Notes under the pieces: generated by a model
Seen by the model: only the letters and a program-made list of their open reading frames with translations
Told to the model about the DNA's origin: nothing
The model's database searches: none
In this document: positions 1-9,010 of the stretch, piece by piece
Position numbering within the stretch: the first letter of the stretch is position 1
Layout: every line of letters begins with the position of its first letter
Program-made: the position numbers and the translations under genes
Assembly (NCBI GenBank): GCA_024653325.1
Contig: JANLFX010000005.1
Location: forward strand, 1 to 64,000
Direction of reading: 5' to 3'
Origin: Anaerolineae bacterium
Lineage (GTDB): Bacteria; Chloroflexota; Anaerolineae; JACIWR01
DNA length: 64,000 nt

Positions 1-175
1 GGGTGGGGATGGGTGAGGTAGTCACCACACGGCAAATCTAACAATGTCGAGGTAGCCATGCATCCCCAAAACCTATCAACGAATACGCAACGAATAAACA
101 AATCTCGCCGTTTTCATTCGTTTATTCGTTTTCCATTCGTTGACAGGGTTCGCACTGCCAAGTTGCCAACTCGTC

Positions 176-1621
176 CTACAGCGGCCCGTCAGGGCCAAGT
201 TCGTAGCGAAACACTTCCACTCGCGCGAAGGAAGCATGCTCGGTGCGCCGCCCGTGGCGGTCCAGCCAGGCTTTCACCATCTGCCGCTCATCCCACATCG
301 TCGCCTCAGAGTAACACAGCCATACGGTATCGTAGCCCCGGGTCTGCGCCCGCATCGCCGCGTCCAGCCAGGCCTCGGTAGTAGCCTCATTGGTGGGAAT
401 GCCGTCGGCGTAGGGAGAAGAGTCGCCGTAGTAATACTCGAAGGTGGGGCGGACGTAAGAGATGTGGAAGATGATCAATTCATCGGGATTACGGTGCTGG
501 CGGAGGTAGGTGGCGGCGGCGCGGAAATCGGATTTGATGATGGTGTGCGCCTGCCACCACAGTCCGCGCGCGTTGATGACCACGATGGCGATCAGGAGTA
601 TCGTCGCCAACAGGCGAGTCCGATGGCCGATTTTCATTACCCCCAGGGCAGCGAGCAGGTAAAGGGCCGGGGCAGTCCAAATGAGATAGCGATCAAGAAA
701 AAGGGGCATTTTCAGGGATATGAGATACACACTGATGATGGGAAAGAAGAACCACAGCAGGCAGGTGGCGGCGACACGCCAACCATCCTGGCGATGGTTC
801 TCCTCCAACAAAATTGCCCCGGCCAGCAGCAAGGCAAAGACGCTGATCGCCAGCCAGTTATACACTGGCCATAGCCCCTGGGCGAAAGCCAGCAACATGA
901 TGTTAAGCATTTGGGGCAGGGGAACGAACTTGTGGCCGGTGGCGAACCCCGAGAGCAGGGTGGGTATTTCCCACAGAGCCAGGGGCAGGTAGGGCAGGGT
1001 GAGGGCGGCCATGGCTGCCAGCCAGCTCCGCCAGCGCGCCTGGTAACGGGGCCACCAGATCACGAAGAGTAAAGCCTGTAAGGGCACGATAATCGCCGCC
1101 AGCACGTGGACGTACAGGCCCAGGCTGGTCACCAGCACGTGGCCCAGCCACAGCCAAAGCCTACCCCGCTCCAACGCCTGGGTGTACAGGTACATAGACA
1201 ACAGGATGAGCGCCAGGAGAAGGGCGTACATCTTGCCCTCCTGGCTGTACCACACCAGATACGGCGATAGGGTGATGAGTAAGGGGGCGAGGGTAGCGGG
1301 GAAAGGAGTGAACCAGCGGCGGCTCACCGCGTAGGTGAGGGGCACGGCCAGCACGCCCCAAAAGAGCGAAAAGAAACGTAGGGCGAACTCAGAATCGCCG
1401 GCCACGGTCAGCCAGGGACGGAGAAGCAGATAATACAGAGGACCGTTCCATCCGGCCCGCGTGAAGTTGGAAAGAAGAATGCTCAGGGGTTCACGGGCGA
1501 AACGGATGGCGTCCATCTCGTCGCGCCACAGGCTCTGGAAATCGAGGTGGTAAACGCGCACGAGGAAAGCCAGAAGCACGATGCCTAGGAGGATAACGCG
1601 GGTACCCGGCACACGCACCAC
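176..1621 (-). CDS. Membrane glycosyltransferase, PMT/ArnT-like (GT39/GT83 family)
   Basis: 481 aa polytopic membrane protein. N-terminal loop motif 'YHLDFQSLWRDEMDAIRFA' is typical of dolichyl-phosphate-mannose/ArnT-type glycosyltransferases. Many TM helices followed by a C-terminal soluble domain. Confidence 0.55.
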   Translation of the reverse strand: MVRVPGTRVILLGIVLLAFLVRVYHLDFQSLWRDEMDAIRFAREPLSILLSNFTRAGWNGPLYYLLLRPWLTVAGDSEFALRFFSLFWGVLAVPLTYAVSRRWFTPFPATLAPLLITLSPYLVWYSQEGKMYALLLALILLSMYLYTQALERGRLWLWLGHVLVTSLGLYVHVLAAIIVPLQALLFVIWWPRYQARWRSWLAAMAALTLPYLPLALWEIPTLLSGFATGHKFVPLPQMLNIMLLAFAQGLWPVYNWLAISVFALLLAGAILLEENHRQDGWRVAATCLLWFFFPIISVYLISLKMPLFLDRYLIWTAPALYLLAALGVMKIGHRTRLLATILLIAIVVINARGLWWQAHTIIKSDFRAAATYLRQHRNPDELIIFHISYVRPTFEYYYGDSSPYADGIPTNEATTEAWLDAAMRAQTRGYDTVWLCYSEATMWDERQMVKAWLDRHGRRTEHASFARVEVFRYELGPDGPL

Positions 1622-1631
1622 TTTCGCCCTA

Positions 1632-2033
1632 TCATCCCTTTCGCCGTTGCCAGATCAGCATCGTACCTGTGATGGCGGATACTATCAGCAGGCCAATACC
1701 GATCCACAAGAACAACCGAGCGGCTGGATGCGGAGTCACAGGTTCCTGCACCGGGGGGCCAACCGGTGTTGTGGAAACAGGGGTGGTAATGGTCAGCAGG
1801 GACTCCGGTGTGGGGATGAGATCGCCCAACGGTGAAGGTGGGGACTGAAAAGCGCTGGCGATGACCGGTCCGCCATTGCTCCAGACCAGGACAGCGATCA
1901 GCACGGCGATCAATCCCAGCGGCCACAAAGGGAGGGAGAGCCGCAGTTCATTTCTGAGCTTCTCGACCGCAAAAGGAAATTGCACAGACCTTCTCTTTCC
2001 ATTACTGCGAGACGAAAGGGTTGCCCCGCACAA
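1632..2033 (-). CDS. Small hypothetical membrane protein (2 predicted TM helices, Pro-rich middle)
   Basis: ORF lies between a glycosylase and a glycosyltransferase on the same strand. Hydrophobic stretches present; no recognisable motif. Confidence 0.3.
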   Translation of the reverse strand: MCGATLSSRSNGKRRSVQFPFAVEKLRNELRLSLPLWPLGLIAVLIAVLVWSNGGPVIASAFQSPPSPLGDLIPTPESLLTITTPVSTTPVGPPVQEPVTPHPAARLFLWIGIGLLIVSAITGTMLIWQRRKG

Positions 2034-2637
2034 AAAAGCGCCACGGCAAGGTTAGCGCAACCTCGTCCCCGCGCACCCCCACGCGGGGACCGGTTTCCAC
2101 TTCCTCATCATCCACCGGCAAATCGGGTTCGATAAAAAGCGGCCCGCCAGCGCAAAGATCCAGGCCGTTAAAATTGCGATCAATGGCCAACGCCTGGCAT
2201 AGCCTGGCCGGACCATTAGTGAGTTCGTGGTCGGGACGGCCCCGGCGCAGGCGACGCATGGTGGTCAGGCCCTCCACCGGCTCCAGGGCGCGGATGAGCA
2301 CTGCTGCCGGGAACCCCTCACTCTCCGTGACCACGTTCAGACAGTGGTGCATGCCGTAGATAAAGTACACATAAGCGTGACCCGGCGGGCCATACATCAC
2401 TGCATTGCGCGCCGTACGTCCGCAGGCGGCATGGCTGGCTCGATCTGTCTCACCGATGTAGGCTTCTACCTCGACGATACGCCCGCTGAGCCGCTCGCCC
2501 GCCAGCAGGCGAACCAGCCGTTGGCCCAGAAGCTCACGGGCGACGGTCAGCGTGTCACGGGTGTAGAACTCGCGGGGCAACACCGATGGCAATCCGGGTT
2601 GGCGACCCATCTTACGGCTCACCATCGCTCCCCTCAC
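2002..2637 (-). CDS. mpg: DNA-3-methyladenine glycosylase (MPG/AAG family)
   Basis: Motifs 'GRIVEVEAYIGETDRASHA...GHAYVYFIYGMHHCLNVV' match the Mpg family. True start is probably the internal Met. Confidence 0.7.
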   Translation of the reverse strand: MRGAMVSRKMGRQPGLPSVLPREFYTRDTLTVARELLGQRLVRLLAGERLSGRIVEVEAYIGETDRASHAACGRTARNAVMYGPPGHAYVYFIYGMHHCLNVVTESEGFPAAVLIRALEPVEGLTTMRRLRRGRPDHELTNGPARLCQALAIDRNFNGLDLCAGGPLFIEPDLPVDDEEVETGPRVGVRGDEVALTLPWRFFVRGNPFVSQ

Positions 2638-2639
2638 GA

Positions 2640-2674
2640 CAGGTGCAACGCACTTTAGAAGTGCGTTGCACCTG
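2640..2674. terminator. REP-like hairpin family B (stem GTGCGACGCAC / GTGCGTCGCAC), likely terminator of galT
   Basis: 14-bp near-perfect inverted repeat 'caggtgcaacgcac-tttagaa-gtgcgttgcacctg' immediately after the galT stop codon. The same hairpin recurs at 13228 and 57120. Confidence 0.5.
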
Positions 2675-2679
2675 TGTAC

Positions 2680-3705
2680 CTATACCTCCCGCAAATAGCG
2701 GGCTGCATCCTCGGGCGGCACCGGATTGATGTAGAAGCCCGTACCCCACTCGAACCCGGCGACGCGTGTCAGGCGGGGCATGATCTCGATGTGCCAGTGC
2801 CAATCCTGCTCCAGCGTGACCCAGTACCCGGGCCGCTTGGCCTGGGCCCGGGTGTTGGGCGCTACGTGGAACACGAAGTTGTAAGGGGGATCGTTGAGGC
2901 TTACTTTCAGACGGGTAAGCATGTCTTTCATAATCCGGGACAGGCTTTTGATCTGATCTTCTGAAATGTCGGCGAAGGTGTGATGGTGCGTCAGCGGGGC
3001 GATGAGCACCTCGAAGGGGAACCGCGAGGCGTATGGACAAAGGGCGATGAAGTCTTCGTTCCGAGCTATGACCCGCGAACCGTCTTTCAGTTCCTGGCGA
3101 ATGATGTCACAAAACAAGCACCGCTCCTTGCGCAGGTAATGCTCGCGGGCGGAGTCCAGTTCCATCGAGATAGTGCGCGGGGTGATGGGTGTGGCGATGA
3201 GTTGCGTGTGGGGGTGGGCCAGGGACGCGCCGGCCGTGACCCCATAGTTCTTGAATATCAGTACGTAACGGAAGCGCGGATCCCCCATCAGGTCATTCAA
3301 CCGGTGCTGGTAGGCGCGGATGACCAGTTCCAGGTGCTCCAGAGATTGGTCTGCCAGGTGCAGGTTGTGATCGGTAGTCTCAATGACCACCTCGTGAGCT
3401 CCTACCCCGTTCATTTTGTCGAAGATGCCCTCTCCTTCGCGGCACAGGTCACCCTCAATGCACAGGGCCGGGAATTTGTTGGAAACTACTCGGACGGTCC
3501 ACCCTGGTTGATTGGGCTGGGATCCATTGAGCCGGTAAGCAAAGACTTCTGGAGGGGTAGTGTGTTCATTGCCCTCGCAGAAGGGACAGAAGTTGCCATT
3601 AGGCGTTTCGTCCAGCGTTCCGGTGAAATCACTTGGGCGTTTCGCCCGTTCGGTAGCGATGATAACCCATCGTCGTTGAATAGGATCGTGTCGTAGTTCG
3701 GGCAT
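2680..3705 (-). CDS. galT: Galactose-1-phosphate uridylyltransferase
   Basis: Zn/Fe-site motifs 'CPFCEGNEH' and active-site 'HPHTQL', along with length, fit GalT class I. Confidence 0.8.
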   Translation of the reverse strand: MPELRHDPIQRRWVIIATERAKRPSDFTGTLDETPNGNFCPFCEGNEHTTPPEVFAYRLNGSQPNQPGWTVRVVSNKFPALCIEGDLCREGEGIFDKMNGVGAHEVVIETTDHNLHLADQSLEHLELVIRAYQHRLNDLMGDPRFRYVLIFKNYGVTAGASLAHPHTQLIATPITPRTISMELDSAREHYLRKERCLFCDIIRQELKDGSRVIARNEDFIALCPYASRFPFEVLIAPLTHHHTFADISEDQIKSLSRIMKDMLTRLKVSLNDPPYNFVFHVAPNTRAQAKRPGYWVTLEQDWHWHIEIMPRLTRVAGFEWGTGFYINPVPPEDAARYLREV

Positions 3706-3831
3706 GAATGGCTCCTGCGTTGTTGGTTTTTCGTGGTCCCTTTTCGTTCATAAGTGCGTCTTGCTCGGCGACCGCGTATGCAGGCAAATATACCACAACT
3801 CCTGATAAAGTGCAAACAACTCCAGACTCAG

Positions 3832-4005
3832 AGGCTGTCTAAAAATTCGGTTCGGCGACTAAAGTCACACCTGTAGGGCTTGCAGCCGAGCGTCCATCTG
3901 CATGGACGAGCTTCCGTCCGCGCAGGCGGACGGCCAGCCGGAGGCTCACTAGGCGTGATTTCTAATCGCCAGCCTAATTTTCAGGCATGCTCTCAACTTC
4001 GAAAG
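3832..4005. repeat. Dispersed ~170 bp repeat, copy A (inverted partner at 52520-52690)
   Basis: About 90% identity to the reverse complement of 52520-52690. Contains internal hairpin 'ccgtccgcgcaggcggacgg'. Intergenic. Confidence 0.65.
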
Positions 4006-4015
4006 TCCGGGATGC

Positions 4016-4690
4016 CTAGCGCGAAAGCAAGTACAAGATGAGAGCCGAGGAAAGGGGAACGGTGATGTTGTCAATATGCCAGGGAGAAGAGGCTTCAACC
4101 AGGCTGGTGACCAGAGCCACGAGGAAAGCCTGCAGCAGGCTGGACAGCAGGCCCAATGGGGGGAAACAAAGCAGGGCTAGAAAGGTGGTCAACCAACTGA
4201 AGAGGAACATCGTCAGGGAACCTTCCATGGAACGGGTGGTGCCCCAGAAATGATATTTATACTGGCCAAAGCGGTGACCGAGGATAGCCGCCATGGCGTC
4301 GCCCCAGGTCATCGGCATGAGGGCGGCTACAATGAGACCAGGATAGCGGTCCGGCCTGGTCATCCAAAAGAGCACGATGACCAGTGCAAACGAGATGGGG
4401 AAATAAACCGTGCCCAGATTGCCCCGCTCGCCCGTCTCCATCGCCTTAAAAGTCTCCCGGCGATAGGAAATGTAGTTGATGATCACAAAGCTGATGGGCG
4501 GGATGATGGCGAAATACCAGTGTTCAAAAAGGAGCACCGTGCCGATGGACCACATGCCCACGGCGATGTGGATAAACTTGCGGGTAAAGTCAGTGGAATA
4601 GTTTCGCCATCTGCGCAGGCCCTCGCCAGCGAAGATGGCGGCAAATACGTACACGTAGGAAATGGCTAAAGCCAGCCAGTCCGATTTCAT
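4016..4690 (-). CDS. CTP-dependent polyprenol/dolichol-kinase-like membrane protein (DUF92/CdsA superfamily)
   Basis: Polytopic membrane protein with C-terminal 'WGDAMAAILGHRFG' motif, which resembles the CTP-binding motif of Sec59/VTE5/CdsA-type enzymes. Confidence 0.45.
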   Translation of the reverse strand: MKSDWLALAISYVYVFAAIFAGEGLRRWRNYSTDFTRKFIHIAVGMWSIGTVLLFEHWYFAIIPPISFVIINYISYRRETFKAMETGERGNLGTVYFPISFALVIVLFWMTRPDRYPGLIVAALMPMTWGDAMAAILGHRFGQYKYHFWGTTRSMEGSLTMFLFSWLTTFLALLCFPPLGLLSSLLQAFLVALVTSLVEASSPWHIDNITVPLSSALILYLLSR

Positions 4691-4702
4691 CTCCTCACCC
4701 CC

Positions 4703-4750
4703 TCAGGTGACAGTCAATTGACAGTCACCTTTGAGGTGACTGTCACCTGA
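4703..4750. repeat. REP-like palindrome family A (AGGTGAC-N-GTCACCT units)
   Basis: Sequence 'tcaggtgacagtcaattgacagtcacctttgaggtgactgtcacctga' lies between psuG's 3' end and the membrane gene. Related copies at 23177, 24105 and 44685. Confidence 0.5.
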
Positions 4751-4755
4751 CCTAA

Positions 4756-5679
4756 TTAGGCGGCCAGCGCCCCGGCGATACGGGCAGCAATGGCCGCGTT
4801 GTTTTCCAAAAGGGCCACGTTGGCCTGCAGGCTGTCTCCCCCGGTAATTTCCGCGATGCGGGCCAGGAGGAACGGGGTGATGGCTTTACCCCGGATGCCC
4901 TGCTCTTCGGCGGCGGCCAGGGCCTGAGCGATGGCCATTTCCATCACCTCAGCGGGGAGCTCGGCCTCGGCGGGCACGGGGGCGACGATCAGCACCCCGC
5001 CACCCAGTCCCAGGTCCCAGCGGGCGCGGATAATCTCCGCTGCTGCCTGCGGGCTGTCTACCCGCGCGTCCACCGGCAGGCCGCTGGAGCGGGTATAAAA
5101 GGCCGGGAATTCATCGGTGCCGTAGCCGAGCACCGGCACACCCCAGGTCTCCAGCCACTCCAGGGTAAGCGGCAGGTCGAGGATGGATTTAGCCCCGGCG
5201 CAGACCACGGCCACCGGCGTGCGGGCCAGTTCCGGCAAATCGGCGGACACGTCGAAGGGCTGACCGCGATGGACCCCGCCGATGCCCCCGGTGGCGAAAA
5301 CTTTGATCCCCGCCTGAGCCGCGATCCACATCGTCGCTGCGACAGTCGTCGCCCCGTCGCCACCCTGGGCAACGACGATGGGCAGGTCGCGGCGGCTGAC
5401 CTTGCGGATATTTCCTCCTCGGGCCAGGCGTTCCAGCCCAGCATTATCCAGTCCTATCCTCAGCCGCCCGCCGAGCACAGCGATGGTCGCCGGGGTGGCT
5501 CCCTCGGCGCGGATCACCTCCTCCAGCCGGTGCGCGGTCTCCAGATTGGTGGGAAAGGGCAGGCCGTGGGCGATAAGGGTGGATTCCAGGGCAACCACGG
5601 GCCGGCCGGCTTTCAGGGCTTCCTCGACCTCTGCTTTCAGGACGAGCCAATCTTGCGCGGGCTTTTTGAGGAGTGTCAT
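4756..5679 (-). CDS. psuG: Pseudouridine-5'-phosphate glycosidase
   Basis: 'PVVALESTLIAHGLPFPTNLETA...VLGG' and the rest match the PsuG/IndA family. The ORF-track N-terminal extension to 5775 is unlikely; the internal Met abuts the upstream gene's stop. Confidence 0.75.
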   Translation of the reverse strand: MTLLKKPAQDWLVLKAEVEEALKAGRPVVALESTLIAHGLPFPTNLETAHRLEEVIRAEGATPATIAVLGGRLRIGLDNAGLERLARGGNIRKVSRRDLPIVVAQGGDGATTVAATMWIAAQAGIKVFATGGIGGVHRGQPFDVSADLPELARTPVAVVCAGAKSILDLPLTLEWLETWGVPVLGYGTDEFPAFYTRSSGLPVDARVDSPQAAAEIIRARWDLGLGGGVLIVAPVPAEAELPAEVMEMAIAQALAAAEEQGIRGKAITPFLLARIAEITGGDSLQANVALLENNAAIAARIAGALAA

Positions 5680-6878
5680 TAGCCCTCCACTTTTTGTAGC
5701 GCCGTCTCTTTGGGCGGTTTGACCTCGGTCAGCTTGGGCAACCCTTCTTCCCTTATCGAGAGGATATTTCCCCATTCATCGGCCACTACCTTCCACTTGC
5801 GCTCCTCGCGGACAGTGATGGTGTTTTTTCCATCCCCGGTCGGTTTGTATTCGGGATCACCGTAGTGGGCAAATAGAATTACCACACCGCTGGTCGGTCT
5901 GCGTTCCATCTCCAGCAAGCGTAACGGGGTTTTATCGCCCAGCTTGCGCTGCGCCGACTTGGTGATGACCCGCACCAGGCGGTCTTCGTGGGCGAAGACA
6001 GGTTCTGGCAACTGCATTGTGCCGTCCAGGTATGCTGCGTATTGTTGCGCGGCCCCCAAAGCAAAGGCAAGGGAAAAGAAGATAAATATGCCGCTGTACA
6101 TCAGGGAATTCAGCAGCCGGCTGTACCCTTCGTCTTTGTACGTGGCGATGAACACCAAAGCCAGCGCCAATGCGGCCACCAGGGCTGCGATCATGATCAA
6201 AATCGGAGAGGGTCGGAGACCTTTCTTCACCCGCCGGCCCCACGAGTAATCGCGTAACTTGCCTTTCAACGAATAAGAGAAAAACACTATCAGGCAGGAC
6301 AGGAAAACGGCTAAGACTGTGCTCACGCCGATGGAGATGTACGGGCCCAGGCTCCGGCGCGCGAACGGGGAGACCAGCGGGGCCAGGGCGAAAATGAGGG
6401 CCAGGACACCCGGAAAATTCAGGAAAAAACGCCGCAACCGGTCTCCACCGCCCTGGGCGGACAGAGCTCGCGCTCCGCTGTTATCCGCTCCGCAGAAGGG
6501 GCAGATGTTTTCTTTGTGGTAGGCGATTGTCCCCCCCGCCTTGCACACCGGACAGCGCGCGTTATCCAGGTTCCAATCGGCCCGTTCTGCCCCGCAGCGT
6601 GGGCAGATGCCCGATTTGATGAAATGGTCAGTGTTATCCGCCCCGCACTTCCGACAGAGCAGCCGCCCATCGGGCAGTTCCTGGTAGCTGATCACGGCCT
6701 CGGCTTTGCAGCCAGGTTGGGGACAGCGGGCCTTGAGCGCATTCTCCGGCTTGAGGTCCGCGCCACAGCGGGGGCACCGGTTGTGTTGGGCAAACCAGGC
6801 AGTGTTGTCGGTGCCGCAGTGGCGGCAATAGAAATGACCGGTCAGGTATTCCCGTTTGCAGGAAAGACAGGTGGGCAT
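5679..6878 (-). CDS. Membrane protein with four N-terminal double zinc-ribbon repeats and a C-terminal soluble domain
   Basis: Repeated C-x2-C...C-x2-C pairs ('CLSCK..CRHCG', 'CPRCG..CPQPGC', 'CRKCG..CPRCG', 'CPVCK..CPFCG') are followed by about 4 TM helices and a roughly 110 aa C-terminal domain. Lies directly downstream of an SPFH gene. Confidence 0.5.
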   Translation of the reverse strand: MPTCLSCKREYLTGHFYCRHCGTDNTAWFAQHNRCPRCGADLKPENALKARCPQPGCKAEAVISYQELPDGRLLCRKCGADNTDHFIKSGICPRCGAERADWNLDNARCPVCKAGGTIAYHKENICPFCGADNSGARALSAQGGGDRLRRFFLNFPGVLALIFALAPLVSPFARRSLGPYISIGVSTVLAVFLSCLIVFFSYSLKGKLRDYSWGRRVKKGLRPSPILIMIAALVAALALALVFIATYKDEGYSRLLNSLMYSGIFIFFSLAFALGAAQQYAAYLDGTMQLPEPVFAHEDRLVRVITKSAQRKLGDKTPLRLLEMERRPTSGVVILFAHYGDPEYKPTGDGKNTITVREERKWKVVADEWGNILSIREEGLPKLTEVKPPKETALQKVEG

Positions 6879-6946
6879 GGGTTGTTACCTCCGTGTGGCG
6901 GCGCTAAAGGGTACACTTTGGTCAGACGGCGGGCTGGAAGCCCGCT

Positions 6947-8530
6947 TTACTCTGATTTTTCCATGTGTTCCGTGATGTCGCGCAATTCCCCAGGGCCAAG
7001 CAAACCCTCTTTGCCCTCGCTGATGAACAGGGCTTTGGCCCCGGCACTCTTGGCCATTGCTTCCAGCGCCTCAATATAGCGGGTGGCGATCACATCATCG
7101 GCGACAACGTTGCGCGAGAGTTGCTCGAATGCGCGGATGAAACGAATACTCACCCCGTCGGGCATGCCGGTGAGTATGTTGACCATCCGCTCTATTTGAT
7201 CCACCATTTCCGCACTGGCTTTGCTCCTGATTCTCTCCAGTGCTCTGATAACTCGGACCCTGCTTTCACCTTCCGCCTCAGCTTCCTCCAACTTGATCTT
7301 GGTCTTCCATTCCGTCTCCCACACCGCCAGCATCTGCTGGCGGACCTCGTCGGGCATCTGGATCATCCGCAGGTCCACGCCCCCATATTTGACCCCCCAG
7401 TTGAGGCAGAGTTTCTCCAGGACCTCGTTGGCCCGTTTTTCAATTTGCTCGATAGTGCGCTGATTGGTCGGGAAAAAACCTTCCGGCGTGGGCGTGCCGG
7501 ACAAATCAAAAATCTGGTCGAGATCATAAGTGAGGATAATGTCGCGGATAATGGACTCGGAAGCGCCGGGGACGGTGCCCTGCCAGCCGAACTCGGTCAC
7601 GTTATACACCGCTTTGCGGATGGTGGCCTCGTAAACCGGATAGGGGTCCTTGCTGATCAGGGGAGAGAGGGCTTCGCCGTCGGGGGGGATGTGGCTTTCG
7701 GGGCGGGCATCCACGTCCTTTTTCGATTCGATCTGGAAGCTGACCCCCAGGGCCAGTTTCAGCGGCACCCGGTCACGGGTAAGGACGTTTTCCGCCTCGC
7801 GCAGCACCCACTGCGGTCGCAGGTCCACAATGGCTTTGAGCACCTCCGCGCGTTTGGTGATGACCACCCCCGGCCCAGCGATACGGCTGATTGTGCCCCC
7901 GCGCTCGAAAACCACGGCGTTTCCAGGGCGGATGATCACCTTGCCGGGCCCTCCCAGGAATTTCATCAGCCCTCCCACTTTCCCTTTGAGTTCCTTTCCG
8001 TCCACGATGGTAGCGGTGAGGTAATTTGAGGCGAAAATCAGGCTGAAAAGCAGGCGCAGGGCTTCACCTCTGCTGATTTTGAAAGGTTCCTGGTGCAATC
8101 CCAGGATATACTCAGAACTGACCCACATCACGGTCAGGAGAGGGAGGCCGAAAATAGCAATGGCCGCCGGGAAGGCCACGAGAAAAAAGCCCACGATCCA
8201 TTGCAAGGTGCCCTCGGTGATTTCGTCACCGAATTTTTGGTTGATGAGGTCTTTGACCGGCAGACTCAGCACCAGGGCCAGGCCGAGGATCAGAGAGATG
8301 GCAAACATGATGCGCTGGGCCTTTTCATTGGGGAAGGACCAGCCCAGGAAAATCAAGCTAAGCGCCAGGATAGGTGTACCCACCCAGCGGTTGTTGATGA
8401 TCATGCCGATGATGGTCAGTATCAGGCAGATGAGGGCTTTGAGAAAGAAAACCCGCGTCTTGGATACCTTTTCCTCTTTCGGCCCCTCCAGGCTCTCGAT
8501 TTCGTATGTCATCGCCAGCCTCCTCCACAC
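6947..8530 (-). CDS. SPFH/band-7 (stomatin/flotillin-like) membrane protein with long C-terminal coiled-coil region
   Basis: N-terminal TM helices, then core 'KVIIRPGNAVVFERGGTISRIAGPGVV...LTRDRVPLKLALGVSFQI', which matches the SPFH domain. Confidence 0.55.
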   Translation of the reverse strand: MWRRLAMTYEIESLEGPKEEKVSKTRVFFLKALICLILTIIGMIINNRWVGTPILALSLIFLGWSFPNEKAQRIMFAISLILGLALVLSLPVKDLINQKFGDEITEGTLQWIVGFFLVAFPAAIAIFGLPLLTVMWVSSEYILGLHQEPFKISRGEALRLLFSLIFASNYLTATIVDGKELKGKVGGLMKFLGGPGKVIIRPGNAVVFERGGTISRIAGPGVVITKRAEVLKAIVDLRPQWVLREAENVLTRDRVPLKLALGVSFQIESKKDVDARPESHIPPDGEALSPLISKDPYPVYEATIRKAVYNVTEFGWQGTVPGASESIIRDIILTYDLDQIFDLSGTPTPEGFFPTNQRTIEQIEKRANEVLEKLCLNWGVKYGGVDLRMIQMPDEVRQQMLAVWETEWKTKIKLEEAEAEGESRVRVIRALERIRSKASAEMVDQIERMVNILTGMPDGVSIRFIRAFEQLSRNVVADDVIATRYIEALEAMAKSAGAKALFISEGKEGLLGPGELRDITEHMEKSE

Positions 8531-8589
8531 TGTGCCGTGTGCGCCAAATCGTGTCTATACTATACCATAAATTGGTCTAAAAGGGAAGT

Positions 8590-8612
8590 GGGTCGGGTTG
8601 TCAACCCGACCC
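8590..8612. terminator. Perfect 11-bp-stem hairpin (gggtcgggttg t caacccgaccc), probable intrinsic terminator for the DUF2007 gene
   Basis: Perfect inverted repeat followed on the minus strand by a T-rich tract. Lies between convergent or serial genes. Confidence 0.4.
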
Positions 8613-8667
8613 ACGTGCCCCTTGGTTGTTTCGGACTGAGCACTCAGGGAAAACACTGACCATTGAG

Positions 8668-8967
8668 TCATTGTTCATTAGTCATTGACTCGTTGAAGCC
8701 TTCCGTGGCCTCGTCTTCCCACCCTTCCTCCGGCTCAGCGGCCAGCACCGCCTGGGCGTCTTCGGCCAACGCCTCGGGCACCATGACCCGCACCTCGCCC
8801 AGGCCGTCCACGGTGATGCCCAACACCGGGCCGGCGCTTTCGTAATCCAACAGGGCCGGTATGCCGGCACTTTCCAGTTTGCTTTTGATTAGCTCGGCCT
8901 GTAACAGCCCCTGAGTAGTGTATACTGTGGTCAGACCCGGGCGGTGAATTTTTCTGTGAAACAACAT
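8668..8967 (-). CDS. DUF2007-like small protein (putative signal-transducing, PII-like fold)
   Basis: 99 aa with an acidic C-terminus. Pattern 'TVYTTQGLLQAELIKSKLESAGIP' resembles the DUF2007 family. Confidence 0.4.
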   Translation of the reverse strand: MLFHRKIHRPGLTTVYTTQGLLQAELIKSKLESAGIPALLDYESAGPVLGITVDGLGEVRVMVPEALAEDAQAVLAAEPEEGWEDEATEGFNESMTNEQ

Positions 8968-9010
8968 GGGCTATCTCCGTGGTAAAATTGGAAGGTTGGA
9001 AAATCGGTTT

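Noticed and set aside
80-150. Imperfect inverted repeat of 'cgaataaac / gtttattcg' motifs downstream of the glycosyltransferase gene
   Set aside because: Probably a terminator. It lies at the window edge, so context is incomplete.
140-874. 244 aa plus-strand ORF
   Set aside because: Entirely antisense to the well-supported PMT/ArnT-like membrane protein. Composition is typical of a GC-rich antisense frame, with no motifs.
5679-5775. N-terminal 32-aa extension of psuG ('MGKYPLDKGRRVAQ...')
   Set aside because: It overlaps the 3' end of the zinc-ribbon gene. The conserved PsuG start 'MTLLKKP' coincides with that gene's stop.
8655-8690. Repeated 'gtcattg' heptamers near 8668 and again at 17855-17875
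   Set aside because: They occur at two gene junctions but are short, overlap stop codons, and could be chance. Not enough to call a motif.
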